Assembly (NCBI GenBank): GCA_031458695.1
Contig: JAVKJW010000001.1
Coordinates: 160,001 to 224,000, forward strand
DNA from: Candidatus Thermofontivivens primus
GTDB taxonomy: Bacteria; Sysuimicrobiota; Sysuimicrobiia; Sysuimicrobiales; Thermofontiviventaceae
Length of the DNA stretch: 64,000 bases
Reading direction: 5' to 3'
In this document: positions 38,790 through 49,295 of the stretch, piece after piece
Layout of the letters: the number at the start of each line of letters is the position of its first letter
Numbering within the stretch: the stretch's first letter is position 1
The notes under the pieces: generated by a model
Told to the model about the DNA's origin: nothing
The model's database searches: none
What the model saw: only the letters and a program-made list of their open reading frames with translations
Made by a program: the position numbers and the translations under genes

Positions 38790-39809
38790 ATGTCAACGAT
38801 CCTTTGGGCGATCCTGGCGTTTGGTTTGATGATCATCGTCCACGAGTTGGGCCATTTCCTCGTAGCAAAGCGCGCAGGGATTACTGTCTACACCTTCGCC
38901 ATCGGGTTTGGCCCCCCCCTTATCTCCTTTCGCCGTGGGGAGACAACCTACGCCATCAACCTCATCCCATTTGGTGGCTATGTGCGCATGGCCGGGGAGG
39001 ACCTCGATACCGCAGAGGAGGAGGGGAGCTTCCGCAAGAAACCCCTCTGGCAGCGTGCCCTCGTGATCCTTGCCGGCCCGGGGATGAACCTCTTTCTTGC
39101 TGCGTTGATCTTCACCGTGATCGCCGTGAGCGTGGGGATCCCTGTGGGTGTGAGCAACCGGATCGGTCAACTCGTCCCGGGTTTCCCTGCAGAGCAGGCT
39201 GGTCTTCGCCCGGGAGACGCCATTGTCGCGATCAACGGGAAGCGTGTCGGGAACGGGGAGGAGGTTGTCGAGACCATCCACCGGAGTCCCGGCGTCCCCC
39301 TCGTCCTCACCATCCGGCGGGGGGAGAAGGAGTTCCAGGTCAAGGTGACGCCGCGTTTCGAAGAGAGGAGAGGCATTGGACTCATCGGGTTCTCCCCTGA
39401 GCCCTTGCGCGCCCGCTTGGATCCTGTTCGTGGGCTATCGTGGGGCCTTCTCTCCGTGGGGCGATACATTGTGGTACTCCTTTCTGCCATTGGGAGCCTC
39501 TTCCGGGAAGGACATGTCCTGGAGCAGCTCGCCGGCCCTGTGGCGGCGGTGAGCTTCCTGGGAGAAGCGGCCCAGGCAGGGTTCGAGACCTTCCTGTATA
39601 CCGCAGCCTTCCTGAGCATCATGATCGGCGTCTTCAACCTCTTCCCATTCCCCGCGCTCGACGGGGGTCGCTTAGCATTCCTGGCGGTCGAGGCGATCCG
39701 CAGGCGGCCCGTGGATCCCAAACGGGAGGGGTTTATCCACCTCGTGGGGTTCATGCTGATCCTCCTTCTCCTCGTTGCCCTCACCGTCCGCGACATCGGG
39801 AGGTTGTGA
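38790..39809 (+). CDS. rseP: Site-2 (M50) metalloprotease RseP/RasP with PDZ domain
   Basis: HELGH, NLFPFPALDGG. Confidence 0.93.
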   Translation: MSTILWAILAFGLMIIVHELGHFLVAKRAGITVYTFAIGFGPPLISFRRGETTYAINLIPFGGYVRMAGEDLDTAEEEGSFRKKPLWQRALVILAGPGMNLFLAALIFTVIAVSVGIPVGVSNRIGQLVPGFPAEQAGLRPGDAIVAINGKRVGNGEEVVETIHRSPGVPLVLTIRRGEKEFQVKVTPRFEERRGIGLIGFSPEPLRARLDPVRGLSWGLLSVGRYIVVLLSAIGSLFREGHVLEQLAGPVAAVSFLGEAAQAGFETFLYTAAFLSIMIGVFNLFPFPALDGGRLAFLAVEAIRRRPVDPKREGFIHLVGFMLILLLLVALTVRDIGRL

Positions 39810-39904
39810 CACCCGCAGAATCCGTTCAGGATCTTCGCAGAGAAGGCGAACCGTCTCTCCCCTGTTGGGAGAGGGTTGCCGGATTCGAGGAGGACCTACC
39901 GCCC

Positions 39905-39934
39905 TTGACAGTACCCGTAGGCACGCCGCACAAT
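39905..39934 (+). promoter_or_regulatory. Possible internal sigma70 promoter for ispG
   Basis: TTGACA-N18-CACAAT. Confidence 0.4.
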
Positions 39935-39956
39935 GAAGGGGCAAAGCGGAAAAAGT

Positions 39957-41048
39957 ATGGAGAGACGCAGACTCACGCGCAAAGTGAAGGTTGGAAACGT
40001 GGAGATCGGGGGCGGCGCTCCCATCTCGGTCCAATCCATGACCACTACGGATACGCGCGATGTGGAGGCCACCCTAGTCCAGATCTATGGGCTCGCGGCC
40101 GAGGGCTGTGAGATCGTCCGGGTAGCGGTCCCAGACGAGGAGGCAGCCCGGGCACTTCCGGAGATCAAGGCAAGGAGCCCCGTTCCCATTGTCGCGGACA
40201 TCCACTTCGACTATCGCCTGGCGCTCCGAGCGATCGAGGCAGGCGTGGATAAGCTCCGCATCAATCCCGGGAACATCGGGGGCCCGGACCGGGTGCGGGC
40301 AGTCGCCCAGGCGGCCAAGGAGCGGGGGATTCCCATCCGCGTGGGGGCAAACGTGGGCTCCCTTTCCAAGGCGATCCTGCGGAGGTTCGGCGCTCCTTGC
40401 GCCGAGGCCCTCGTGGAGAGCGCCCTGGAGCAGGTCCGCATCCTGGAGGACTTGGATTTCTATGACATTGTCATTTCCGTCAAATCTTCCGAAGTCCCCA
40501 TGGCCATTGAGGCGTACCAGATGATCAGCGAGCGCTGCAATTACCCCCTTCATGTAGGGATCACAGAGGCGGGGACCGCCTGGGCTGGCTCCATCAAGTC
40601 CAGTGTGGGGATCGGTGCGATCCTCGCGAAGGGCATCGGAGATACCATCCGCGTCTCCCTGGCAGCGGATCCCCTGGAGGAGGTGCGCGTGGGCTATGAG
40701 ATCCTTAAGAGCCTCGGGTTGCGGACGCGTGGCGTCCAACTGATCGCCTGTCCTTCTTGCGGTCGGGCGGAGGTGGATATCCTCCGCATCGCTAGCGAGG
40801 TGGAGCAGCGGCTCAAACAGATCCAAGCGCCGATCAAGGTGGCGGTGATGGGGTGTGCAGTGAACGGGCCCGGGGAGGCGCGTATGGCAGATCTCGGGAT
40901 CGCCTGCGGAAGGGGGAAAGGGTTGATCTTCCGGAACGGGGAGATCATCGCGAGCCTTCCTGAGGACCAGCTCGTGGATGCGCTGATGGAACATGTCGAG
41001 GCGTTGGTCCGGGCACGGGAAGGGGAGAAGCTCGCCCGTTTGTCGTAA
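39957..41048 (+). CDS. ispG: HMBPP synthase
   Basis: [29 protein letters not shown]. Confidence 0.97.
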   Translation: MERRRLTRKVKVGNVEIGGGAPISVQSMTTTDTRDVEATLVQIYGLAAEGCEIVRVAVPDEEAARALPEIKARSPVPIVADIHFDYRLALRAIEAGVDKLRINPGNIGGPDRVRAVAQAAKERGIPIRVGANVGSLSKAILRRFGAPCAEALVESALEQVRILEDLDFYDIVISVKSSEVPMAIEAYQMISERCNYPLHVGITEAGTAWAGSIKSSVGIGAILAKGIGDTIRVSLAADPLEEVRVGYEILKSLGLRTRGVQLIACPSCGRAEVDILRIASEVEQRLKQIQAPIKVAVMGCAVNGPGEARMADLGIACGRGKGLIFRNGEIIASLPEDQLVDALMEHVEALVRAREGEKLARLS

Positions 41049-41109
41049 GGCACGAAGCAAAGTGTCATATTCAAGAACGTGAAGAGGGAGGGAACGTTTC
41101 GCGCTTGAC

Positions 41110-41760
41110 ATGTTGACGTGGTGGGAGGTTACCATCCGGTTAATATTGGCCGTGCTCCTGGGCGGGGCCATTGGCATGGAGCGCCAGACCGTGGAGAAAC
41201 CTGCCGGGTTCCGCACGCATATCCTGGTGTGCCTGGGGGCAGCTCTGTTTACTCTGCTCTCGACGCAGGGCTTCTTCGGTCCCACTGTGGACCCTTCCCG
41301 CGTCGCTGCAAACGTGGTGGTAGGCATCGGCTTCCTGGGCGCCGGGACGATCTGGCGAACTGGAAGCACAGTCCAGGGGCTCACAACCGCCGCAAGCCTG
41401 TGGACGGTGGCAGCTATTGGCATGGCTGTGGGGATCGGGTTCTACTTTGCCGCGATCCTGGGGACTGGGCTCGTGGTTATGGTCCTTATGCTCCTGAAGC
41501 GTTTGGAAGTCCGGATGCCGCGAAGGGGGCTAAGTACCCTCACCATGGTGATCCGTGATCGTCCCGGTCAGCTCGGGCGTATCGGGACCCTGTTGGGCAC
41601 CTACAACGTGAACATCGAGGATGTCCAGCTCACCCACATAACCAACGAGAAGGTGGGGATCACCCTCGCTGTCCGTCTGCCCCAGCGGGCGAACCGGGAT
41701 CAGATCCTCATGGATCTCGGGGGCGTGGACGGGATCGAGGAGGTCCGGTGGGAGGAGTAA
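41110..41760 (+). CDS. MgtC/SapB-family membrane protein with ACT domain
   Basis: PAGFRTHILV, GIGFLGAGTI, GLTTAASLW, DRPGQL. Confidence 0.9.
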   Translation: MLTWWEVTIRLILAVLLGGAIGMERQTVEKPAGFRTHILVCLGAALFTLLSTQGFFGPTVDPSRVAANVVVGIGFLGAGTIWRTGSTVQGLTTAASLWTVAAIGMAVGIGFYFAAILGTGLVVMVLMLLKRLEVRMPRRGLSTLTMVIRDRPGQLGRIGTLLGTYNVNIEDVQLTHITNEKVGITLAVRLPQRANRDQILMDLGGVDGIEEVRWEE

Positions 41761-41766
41761 GGTCCG

Positions 41767-42441
41767 TTGATCCCCCTGCGCGATATCAACCCTTCCAGGT
41801 CGCGGCCGGTGGCCACGTATTTTCTCATTGCCACCAATATCCTCGTCTTCTTGTACATGGCGTCCCTCCCTTCGGTGCGGGAGCTTGAGGCATTTGTGCG
41901 GACCTATGGCCTTACCCCTGCGGTGGTACGAGGGTTGATCTCGCATCCAGGGGGATTCCCTCCCTTCTTGACCTTCTTTACCTCCATGTTCTTGCACGGC
42001 GGGTGGGTTCATCTTTTGGGCAACATGCTCTACCTGTGGGTCTTCGGCGACAATGTGGAGGATGCCATGGGGCATGGCCGGTTTTTGATGTTCTTCGCGC
42101 TCACCGGGATCGTGGGAGGGATGGCACACGTGCTCACCAATCCTACCTCACCGGTTCCCGTTATCGGGGCCAGCGGGGCCATCGCTGGAGTCCTTGGAGG
42201 GTACCTCTTCCTCTACCCGCGCGCCCGCATCATCTCCTTCATCCCCCTTGGCTTCTTCTTCCAACTTGTGGAGATCCCAGCAATCGTTTATCTTCCCTTC
42301 TGGTTCCTTATCCAGTTCGCCAGCGGCCTGGCGAGCTTTGGGGTAGGGACGATGTCCTCTGTCGCCTGGTGGGCGCACATCGGTGGGTTCTTAGCCGGCT
42401 TCGTCCTCGTGAGATCCTTTGCCCGCAGGCGACGCTTCTAA
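41767..42441 (+). CDS. Rhomboid-family intramembrane serine protease
   Basis: SMFLHGG.VHLLGNM, GASGA, AHIGG. Confidence 0.92.
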   Translation: MIPLRDINPSRSRPVATYFLIATNILVFLYMASLPSVRELEAFVRTYGLTPAVVRGLISHPGGFPPFLTFFTSMFLHGGWVHLLGNMLYLWVFGDNVEDAMGHGRFLMFFALTGIVGGMAHVLTNPTSPVPVIGASGAIAGVLGGYLFLYPRARIISFIPLGFFFQLVEIPAIVYLPFWFLIQFASGLASFGVGTMSSVAWWAHIGGFLAGFVLVRSFARRRRF

Positions 42442-42620
42442 GCATCCCGCCAAAAGTCTTTTGACTCTCGCCGGGGGCCCCTTCTTGAAACAATGGGGTT
42501 GCTCAAAGCCTCCCTCGGGCTGGTCCGCCAAAGCCAAAATCTCATTCAGGATGTTCAGGGAGTGGGCGCGAGGCTCTCTCCTGCTGTCCCGACTTGTTCG
42601 GTTCCAAAGGGCTCGTGAAG

Positions 42621-42645
42621 AGGAGAAGAGGAGGAAGCGTCGAAT
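42621..42645 (+). promoter_or_regulatory. sigmaH-like promoter upstream of the SAM synthetase
   Basis: AGGA-N14-GTCGAAT about 50 nt before ATG 42698. Confidence 0.45.
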
Positions 42646-42697
42646 CCCCATGACGAGAATTTCCGCCGGAGCGATCTGGCCGCGAGGAGGGACGGGA

Positions 42698-43900
42698 ATG
42701 CGCAATATCGTTGTGGAGACCCTGCCGGGCCTCCCGGTATCGGAGCACGAGGTGGAGCTTGTGGAACGGAAGGGCGTCGGGCACCCGGATTCGATCTGTG
42801 ATGCCATCATGGAAAGGGTCTCTATCGCCCTCAGCCAGGAGTACCTCAGGCGCGCGGGGACCATCCTCCACCATAACATCGACAAGGCCCTGCTGGTCGC
42901 GGGGGAGAGCGAGATCCGCCTCGGCGGCGGTGTGGTCAAACAGCCGATGCGGTTGATCTTCGGGGACCGGGCGACCTACATCGCCGACGACGTGGAGATC
43001 CCCGTAGCGGAGATCGCCATCAACACCGCCAAATCCTGGATTCGCCAGAACCTCCGGTTCGTGGACCCGGAAGCGCATGTGACCTACCAGGTAGAGATCA
43101 AGCCAGGGTCCCCAGAACTTGTGGACATCTTCCGGCGGGAGGTCATCGTGGCGAACGATACCTCGGCCGCCGTGGGCTATGCTCCCCTGACGGAAACAGA
43201 AACCATCGTCCTGGAGGTCGAGCGGTACATCAACTCCCCCGAATTCAAAGCCCGGTTCCCTGAGTCCGGCGAGGACGTCAAGGTGATGGGGTTCCGCAAG
43301 GGGCGGGAGCTTCACCTGACCATCGCCGTGGCGTTCGTCGACCGGTTCATCGACAGTGAGGCGACCTACTTCCGACGGAAGAAAGAGATGCAGGAGGCGA
43401 TCGAAGAGTACGTCCGCTCCCGCACGTCCTTCGAACGCATTTACTTCTACCTGAACCATCTCGACCAGCCTGGGCGGGGGCTGGGGGGCATGTATCTCTC
43501 GGTGCTGGGGACCTCTGCCGAGAGCGGGGACAGCGGGCAGATTGGCCGGGGGAACAGGGTGAACGGGGTGATCGCCCTCAACCGGCCTATGGGAACGGAA
43601 GCCGCCGCGGGAAAGAACCCGGTCTCCCACGTGGGGAAGATCTACACGATCCTCACCCACCAGGCGGCCAACAAGATCTATACGGAGGTCCCGGGGATCC
43701 GGGAGGTGTATGTGTGGATGTGCAGCCAGATCGGGGAGCCCATTGACCGGCCCAAGATCACAGCCTGCCAGCTCATCCTGGAGAAGGGGGTCCGCAAGAG
43801 CCGGGTGATTCGTCAGGCCCGGGAGATCTTAGATAGGGAACTGGCCAATATCATGCAGCTGACCAGGGAGCTGGCCGAGGGGAGGTACCCCGTCTGCTGA
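42698..43900 (+). CDS. mat: Archaeal-type S-adenosylmethionine synthetase
   Basis: MRNIVVE, VERKGVGHPDSICD, ANDTS, GEDVKVMG, GRGNRVNG, AGKNPVSHVGKIY; 400 aa. Confidence 0.9.
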   Translation: MRNIVVETLPGLPVSEHEVELVERKGVGHPDSICDAIMERVSIALSQEYLRRAGTILHHNIDKALLVAGESEIRLGGGVVKQPMRLIFGDRATYIADDVEIPVAEIAINTAKSWIRQNLRFVDPEAHVTYQVEIKPGSPELVDIFRREVIVANDTSAAVGYAPLTETETIVLEVERYINSPEFKARFPESGEDVKVMGFRKGRELHLTIAVAFVDRFIDSEATYFRRKKEMQEAIEEYVRSRTSFERIYFYLNHLDQPGRGLGGMYLSVLGTSAESGDSGQIGRGNRVNGVIALNRPMGTEAAAGKNPVSHVGKIYTILTHQAANKIYTEVPGIREVYVWMCSQIGEPIDRPKITACQLILEKGVRKSRVIRQAREILDRELANIMQLTRELAEGRYPVC

Positions 43901-43908
43901 GGAGATCC

Positions 43909-43938
43909 CTCAGCAAAGCCAGAAGGCTCTTTGCTGGG
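43909..43938. repeat. Family A-related palindrome
   Basis: CTCAGCAAAGCC-AGAA-GGCTCTTTGCTGGG. Confidence 0.45.
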
Positions 43939-44006
43939 TCCCATGCAAGATCCTGTCAGAAGATAGGCGAGAGGAGTTTCCCGATACCGAAGACTGGACA
44001 GCGGAA

Positions 44007-44723
44007 ATGGGCGAGTGGTTGTTCCAAACCGATGCGTACGTGAAGGAGTTCCAAGCCAGCGTCATCGCCGTGAGGGGCAATGCCGTCGCTTTGGACCGGA
44101 CCGCCTTCTATCCTGGGGGCGGTGGCCAGCCTCCTGATCGGGGCTTCCTCTCTGCCGGCGAGAGGACGTGGGAAGTCCTCACCGCCCGCAAGGAGGGGGA
44201 GGAGATCTGGCATGAGGTCGCTGGAGACCCCCCTCCGCCTGGGACCATGGTGACGGGCAGGCTCGACTGGGAACGGCGCTACGCGCTCATGCGCACCCAC
44301 ACGGCGATGCACATCCTCTGCGGGGTTATCTGGCGCGACTACGGCGCACGCGTCACCGGGGGGAACATGGAGCCGCTACGCGGTCGGATGGACTTCGAAT
44401 TCGAAACCATGCGAGCTGAGCTTGTGCGGGAGATCGAGGAGAAGATCAACGCCGAGGTGGCTGCAGCGAGAGCTGTCGTAGTTCGCATCCTCCCCCGGGA
44501 GGAGGCCTTCGCCATCCCCGATCTCATCCGCACCAGGATCAACCTCCTGCCTGAGGGGATTCGACAGGTGCGGGTGGTGGAGATTGTGGGGCTGGACCTG
44601 CAGGCTGACGGGGGTACCCACGTGGCCAATACCCGGGAGGTGGGCAGGATTCACATCGTAGACTACAAGAGCAAGGGCCGCTTGAACAAGCGGATTGAGA
44701 TTGCTCTGGAGGAGAGCCTCTAG
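44007..44723 (+). CDS. Alanyl-tRNA editing protein, AlaX-M type
   Basis: FYPGGGGQP.D, MRTHTAMH, DGGTHV.NT. Confidence 0.9.
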   Translation: MGEWLFQTDAYVKEFQASVIAVRGNAVALDRTAFYPGGGGQPPDRGFLSAGERTWEVLTARKEGEEIWHEVAGDPPPPGTMVTGRLDWERRYALMRTHTAMHILCGVIWRDYGARVTGGNMEPLRGRMDFEFETMRAELVREIEEKINAEVAAARAVVVRILPREEAFAIPDLIRTRINLLPEGIRQVRVVEIVGLDLQADGGTHVANTREVGRIHIVDYKSKGRLNKRIEIALEESL

Positions 44724-44793
44724 GGCCGGGAGAAATTTTTCTCCTAAGAACTTTCAGCATGAGGGGTGGATTCTAACCATGGGGAGGGGAAAT

Positions 44794-45771
44794 ATGCGTA
44801 TACACCGGTTCGTGTTGGCAATCGCCCTCGTCCTTACTGTCATCTCCCTTACCGGGATCCCCGCCTCCTCAGCACCCACTCTCCGGCGGATCTCCATTGC
44901 CACCGGGGGGACGGGAGGCGTCTACTTCGTTCTCGGAGGAGGCCTCGCGCGGCTGATCTCCCAGCATATCCCGGGAGTCCAGGCGACAGCGGAAGTGACC
45001 TCGGCTTCCGTAGACAACATGCGGTTGATCGGCGCGAAGCGGGCCGATCTGGCGCTTACTCTGAACGACACCGCCTATGACGCCTACAAAGGGCAGGCGG
45101 ATTTCAAAGGGAACCCGATCCCCATCCGTGTGCTCGTGCCTGTGTACGACAACTACAACCACCTGGTGACCATTGAGGGGACGGGGATCAATTCCATTGC
45201 GGACTTGAAAGGGAAGCGAGTTTCGGTAGGTTCGCCTGGCAGCGGCACCGAGGTCACAGCGTTGCGGATCCTCCGGGCAGCTGGTATCGACCCGGACAGG
45301 GACATCCGCAAGGAGCGTCTTGGAGTAGGCCCTTCGGCGGATGCCTTGAAGGATCGCAAGATTGACGCCTTCTTCTGGAGTGGCGGGATCCCCACCCCTG
45401 CCGTGTTGGATCTGGCCTCGACTCCAGGGATCCGCATGCGGCTGATCCCCCTGGACACTGTCGTGGAGGCCCTGCGCAAGGAGTACGGGCCCCTCTACTT
45501 TAAGATCACAATTCGGAAAATTGCCTACCCTGGGCTGACGGAGGACGTCCCGGTGGTGGGCGTAGCGAACCTCATCGTGGTCCACAAGGACTTCCCCGAA
45601 GACCTGGCTTATGCGATTGTGAAGTTGATCTTTGAACGGAAGCAGGATCTCGTGGCTGTCCACAAGGAGGCCCAGAATATCTCCTTGCTGCGGATCACGG
45701 GGAGGACACCGATCCCGTTCCATCCCGGAGCGGTCCGCTATTACAGGGAGAAGGGCGTCCCGGGATTCTAA
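44794..45771 (+). CDS. TAXI-family TRAP solute-binding protein
   Basis: Signal peptide; IATGGTGGVY, SVDN, PFHPGA.RYY. Confidence 0.92.
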   Translation: MRIHRFVLAIALVLTVISLTGIPASSAPTLRRISIATGGTGGVYFVLGGGLARLISQHIPGVQATAEVTSASVDNMRLIGAKRADLALTLNDTAYDAYKGQADFKGNPIPIRVLVPVYDNYNHLVTIEGTGINSIADLKGKRVSVGSPGSGTEVTALRILRAAGIDPDRDIRKERLGVGPSADALKDRKIDAFFWSGGIPTPAVLDLASTPGIRMRLIPLDTVVEALRKEYGPLYFKITIRKIAYPGLTEDVPVVGVANLIVVHKDFPEDLAYAIVKLIFERKQDLVAVHKEAQNISLLRITGRTPIPFHPGAVRYYREKGVPGF

Positions 45772-45880
45772 CGAGCTCCGCGAAATCTTTTGACAACAGT
45801 TTACGAGGTGGAGCCCGGGACCCCAAGAATCCATCTTGCGAACGTGGAAATGGGGGGAGAGTCCCTTTGGGAATGAGAGG

Positions 45881-46387
45881 GTGAGGAGGCAGGCGCTCAT
45901 CGCCCTCCTGGGAGTTGGAGCGTTTGTGGTAGGAGCCCTCTCCCTACCAATGCAACGCGTCCTCGAAGTGGTGGATTCCGATACATCGCGGGCGATCCTC
46001 GTGGCCACAATCAGGGAGGGGGAGAGCGTTATTCTGCGCTACCTCCACTCCCTCTACGGCGGGCATGTATGGGAGGTCTTGCGTGCGCGAGGGAGCCTCT
46101 TGGTTCTGGAAGAGCTGGAAGCAGAACGGGAGGCAGCCCTGGAGTATTACCAGGTTGAGGGGAAGGTTACGAACGAGAATGGCCGCTTTCGCATCGGCAG
46201 CCTATCCTTGCCTGTGGGGGAAATCTCAGTGCGAGCGACAGGACTTGGGAGAAGGACCCTCATTTGGCGGGGAAGGGAGATTCCCCTGGCAGGAGCCGGG
46301 CGCGAGGGACACCTTATCCGAATCCAGATCAGCAGACGCTCTCTCCTTTGGCTCTTGTTGCGCCACCTGGTCTCAGAAGTCCCCTAA
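45881..46387 (+). CDS. DUF1850-like TAXI-TRAP accessory protein
   Basis: LRYLHSLY...VWE pattern; lies between the TAXI SBP and permease. Confidence 0.65.
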   Translation: MRRQALIALLGVGAFVVGALSLPMQRVLEVVDSDTSRAILVATIREGESVILRYLHSLYGGHVWEVLRARGSLLVLEELEAEREAALEYYQVEGKVTNENGRFRIGSLSLPVGEISVRATGLGRRTLIWRGREIPLAGAGREGHLIRIQISRRSLLWLLLRHLVSEVP

Positions 46388-46524
46388 TCGTCTTGTGATT
46401 TTACGGGGGTACTGAGTGGAATTGCGGAGATTTCGCCGAGACGATGGAGCGACCATGACACTGTCTGTTGGAGAGATGCTCCCGCACACATCGTGGTGAG
46501 AACCAGCAAGCGGAGGCGGTCTGG

Positions 46525-48480
46525 ATGGGTGAACCTTTCAAAGAAGAGGAGCGAATTCCTAAATCCGAGGAAGAACTTGAGGAGCTCATTGAAAAGTTTG
46601 AGGGAGCGACGCGCAAACTTCAGGGACCAGTTGGGTGGATCGTCACAGGGCTCGCGGTGTTCACCTCCCTGTATGCCTTGTGGGCCGCGAGATTTCCCAT
46701 CATCCAGCAGATCCACCGCACGCGCTTTCTCCTCCTCGTCTTGGTCCTGACCTTCCTCCTCTACCCTGGGTGGAGGGGTGCGCGCAGGAGGATTCATCCC
46801 GTTGATCTCCTGTTCATCGCCATGGCCGTCGCAGGTCTCGGATGGATCTTCTGGGATTTTGAGCAATTCGTCTACCGCCAGGTGATCCCCAATACCTTCG
46901 ACATCGTCTTCGGGATCCTCACGATCATCGCCTTGCTTGAGGCCACGCGGAGGACAACGGGGTGGACGCTCGTCCTCCTCTCCATTGCTTTCCTGCTCTA
47001 TGCCATTTACGGATACCTCCTTCCCGAGCCCTGGACACATCGAGGGTATGACCTCGCCAGGATCATCGGTCACCTCTATGTGGGTCTAGAGGGGATCTTT
47101 GGTGTCCCACTGGACGTCGCTTCGACATTCATCATCTTGTTCACCATTTACGGCTCGTTCCTGGAGCAATCGGGGGCGGGGAAGTTCTTTGTGGACTTGG
47201 CATTCGCCCTTGTTCGGGGACGTCGCACGGGTGCTGGCCAGGCTGTCACCATCGCCTCCTTCCTCCTCGGGGGCCCTTCCGGGAGCGGGGTTGCCACGAC
47301 GGTCACAGTGGGCGCGATCGCTTACCCCTTGTTGAAGCGGGCGGGATATGACCGGGAGTCTGCCGGGGGCCTTCTCTCTGCAGGAGGCATTGGGGCGGTG
47401 ATCTCACCCCCGATCCTCGGCGCAGCTGCCTTCATCATCGCGGAGATCCTCAAGATCTCCTACCTCAAGGTATTGATTCTCGCCACCATTCCCACAGTGC
47501 TCTACTACTTGACCATTTTCTTGATGATTGAACTGGATGCCCGGCGCTTCCAGCTGCGCAGGGTGGAGATCCAGGCCGAGGACCCCTGGCTTCTCGTCAA
47601 GCGGTACTGGTACCTCCTCACCTCGCTGGTGATGATCCCCCTGTTCATGGTGCGTGGGTTCACAGCCATTGCCGCGGTGTTCTGGTCTACCGTCGTCGCC
47701 TGGCTCACCTCGTACCTGCGGAAAGAAACAGCGCTTGTACCTTCCAAACTTGTTGCCGCGCTGGCCAATGGGACCAAGCAAGTTCTCAGCGTCGCAGTCA
47801 CCTGCGCCGTGGCGGGCGTCATCGTGGGAGTGATCACGCTCACAGGTCTTGGGCTCAAGCTCTCGGGGATCATCATCGACCTCGCCGGGGGAAACTTGCT
47901 GCTCACGCTCATCTATTCTGGAATAGCCCTCTGGATCCTGGGGCTTGCGCTTCCCATCACCGCCACATACATCATCGCTGCCGCGATCATCGCCCCGGCC
48001 TTGATCCAGCTGGGGGTGAACGAACTCGCTGCCCACATGTTCATTTTCTACTACGCCATCCTCTCTGAAGTCTCTCCTCCTGTCGGCCTCAGCCCCCTGG
48101 CTGCTGCGGCGCTGACCGGTGGGAACACCTTCCGCACCATGCTCATGGCTTGGAAGTACACACTGCCCGCGTTCATCGTCCCGTTCATGTTCACGATCCA
48201 TCCGGATGGCATGGGCATCCTGCTGCAGGCGCCTTGGCAAGTTGTCCTCAAGGTGACGACTACGGCGATTCTCGGGCTTGTGGCCATCAGCGCGGCTGTG
48301 AACGGATGGCTCCTTCGCCCGACCAACTGGGCGGAGCGCGCGATCCTTCTCGCCGCCGGGCTCATGCTCGTGTATCCTTCGACGGCTCTTGACTTGGTCG
48401 CCTTAGGTGCCTTCGGGGGCGTGTTCGCCGTCCACTGGTTCACCCGCGGGACGCCCGCAAAGATCACAGCCTCCGACTGA
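46525..48480 (+). CDS. TRAP transporter fused permease (4TM/12TM)
   Basis: EGIFGVP, SGSGVA, PPILGAAAFI, AAHMFIFYY..LSEVSPPV. Confidence 0.92.
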   Translation: MGEPFKEEERIPKSEEELEELIEKFEGATRKLQGPVGWIVTGLAVFTSLYALWAARFPIIQQIHRTRFLLLVLVLTFLLYPGWRGARRRIHPVDLLFIAMAVAGLGWIFWDFEQFVYRQVIPNTFDIVFGILTIIALLEATRRTTGWTLVLLSIAFLLYAIYGYLLPEPWTHRGYDLARIIGHLYVGLEGIFGVPLDVASTFIILFTIYGSFLEQSGAGKFFVDLAFALVRGRRTGAGQAVTIASFLLGGPSGSGVATTVTVGAIAYPLLKRAGYDRESAGGLLSAGGIGAVISPPILGAAAFIIAEILKISYLKVLILATIPTVLYYLTIFLMIELDARRFQLRRVEIQAEDPWLLVKRYWYLLTSLVMIPLFMVRGFTAIAAVFWSTVVAWLTSYLRKETALVPSKLVAALANGTKQVLSVAVTCAVAGVIVGVITLTGLGLKLSGIIIDLAGGNLLLTLIYSGIALWILGLALPITATYIIAAAIIAPALIQLGVNELAAHMFIFYYAILSEVSPPVGLSPLAAAALTGGNTFRTMLMAWKYTLPAFIVPFMFTIHPDGMGILLQAPWQVVLKVTTTAILGLVAISAAVNGWLLRPTNWAERAILLAAGLMLVYPSTALDLVALGAFGGVFAVHWFTRGTPAKITASD

Positions 48481-48764
48481 CCCTGAGCTCCCACCTAAGG
48501 GAGAGGTCCTTGCATATTCCAGGCGCTTGCTGACCGTATGACAGTTTTACGAAGCGGTTTCCACATGGCAGAGCCACCTGTGATTGAAGTCAAGCCCGGA
48601 CCGAACTGACCTTCGGGTATGAGTTCGGACAACCCTTCCTGTACCCAAGTGAAGAGATTCACCAGCTACCTCCTCGACCGTAAAGATCAAGTTCGTAAGG
48701 CAGCTAAGATTCTTTAGGCTATTTTGGAAGCCTGTTCTCAAGGCTATCGGAGGTTTCAGAGAGG

Positions 48765-49290
48765 ATGCAGTTCAAGGGAAAGGTCGAGATTGAGGGCATC
48801 GTGATCTCCACGGCCCGGCGCGAGGTTCGTCGTCCGGAATGAGAAGGACCAGGTGGAGTATGCTGGTGGACCTCATCACGGAGGTCGAGTTCGAAGAGGA
48901 TGACGACGAATGCTTCGCCCACGCCACCCTTCATGAGCTCCAGGTCGGCGACGAGGCGAAAATCAAAGGCCTCATCCTGGCCGATGGCCGGATCCTCGCC
49001 TTGAAGATCAAGGTGGAGCGGGAGCGGCCCAAATTCTGCCTGCCCGTCGCGATCTTCATCCACGGGTCATCATCGTTGTCGGTGACGGTCTCCTCATGGT
49101 AGTCACGCACAATAGGACCATCACCGTCGTCCATGCGAACACCTGAATCCTCGAAGCAGACCGCCGCATCTCTGCGCAGCCTTGGGCGTCGCAACATCGT
49201 CGTTGCTCGCGGGAACTGGTCCGGCACCCGCTTCTCCGCGGACGAGGTCAAGGTGGAGTTTGACGCGACAGACGGTGTACCCTTGAACGG
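48765..49290 (+). pseudogene. Fragmented DUF5666-like repeat protein
   Basis: Pieces KVEIEGIV, LQVGDEAKIKG..LADGRILALKIKVE and VVARGNWSG.RFSADEVKVE broken by frameshifts and stops. Confidence 0.5.
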
Positions 49291-49295
49291 TGGAT

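Noticed and set aside
29234..44000. Long antisense or alternate-frame ORFs (e.g. 29234-30712, 35077-36327, 40074-41423, 42542-43660)
   Set aside because: Shadows of high-GC housekeeping genes with no recognisable motifs.
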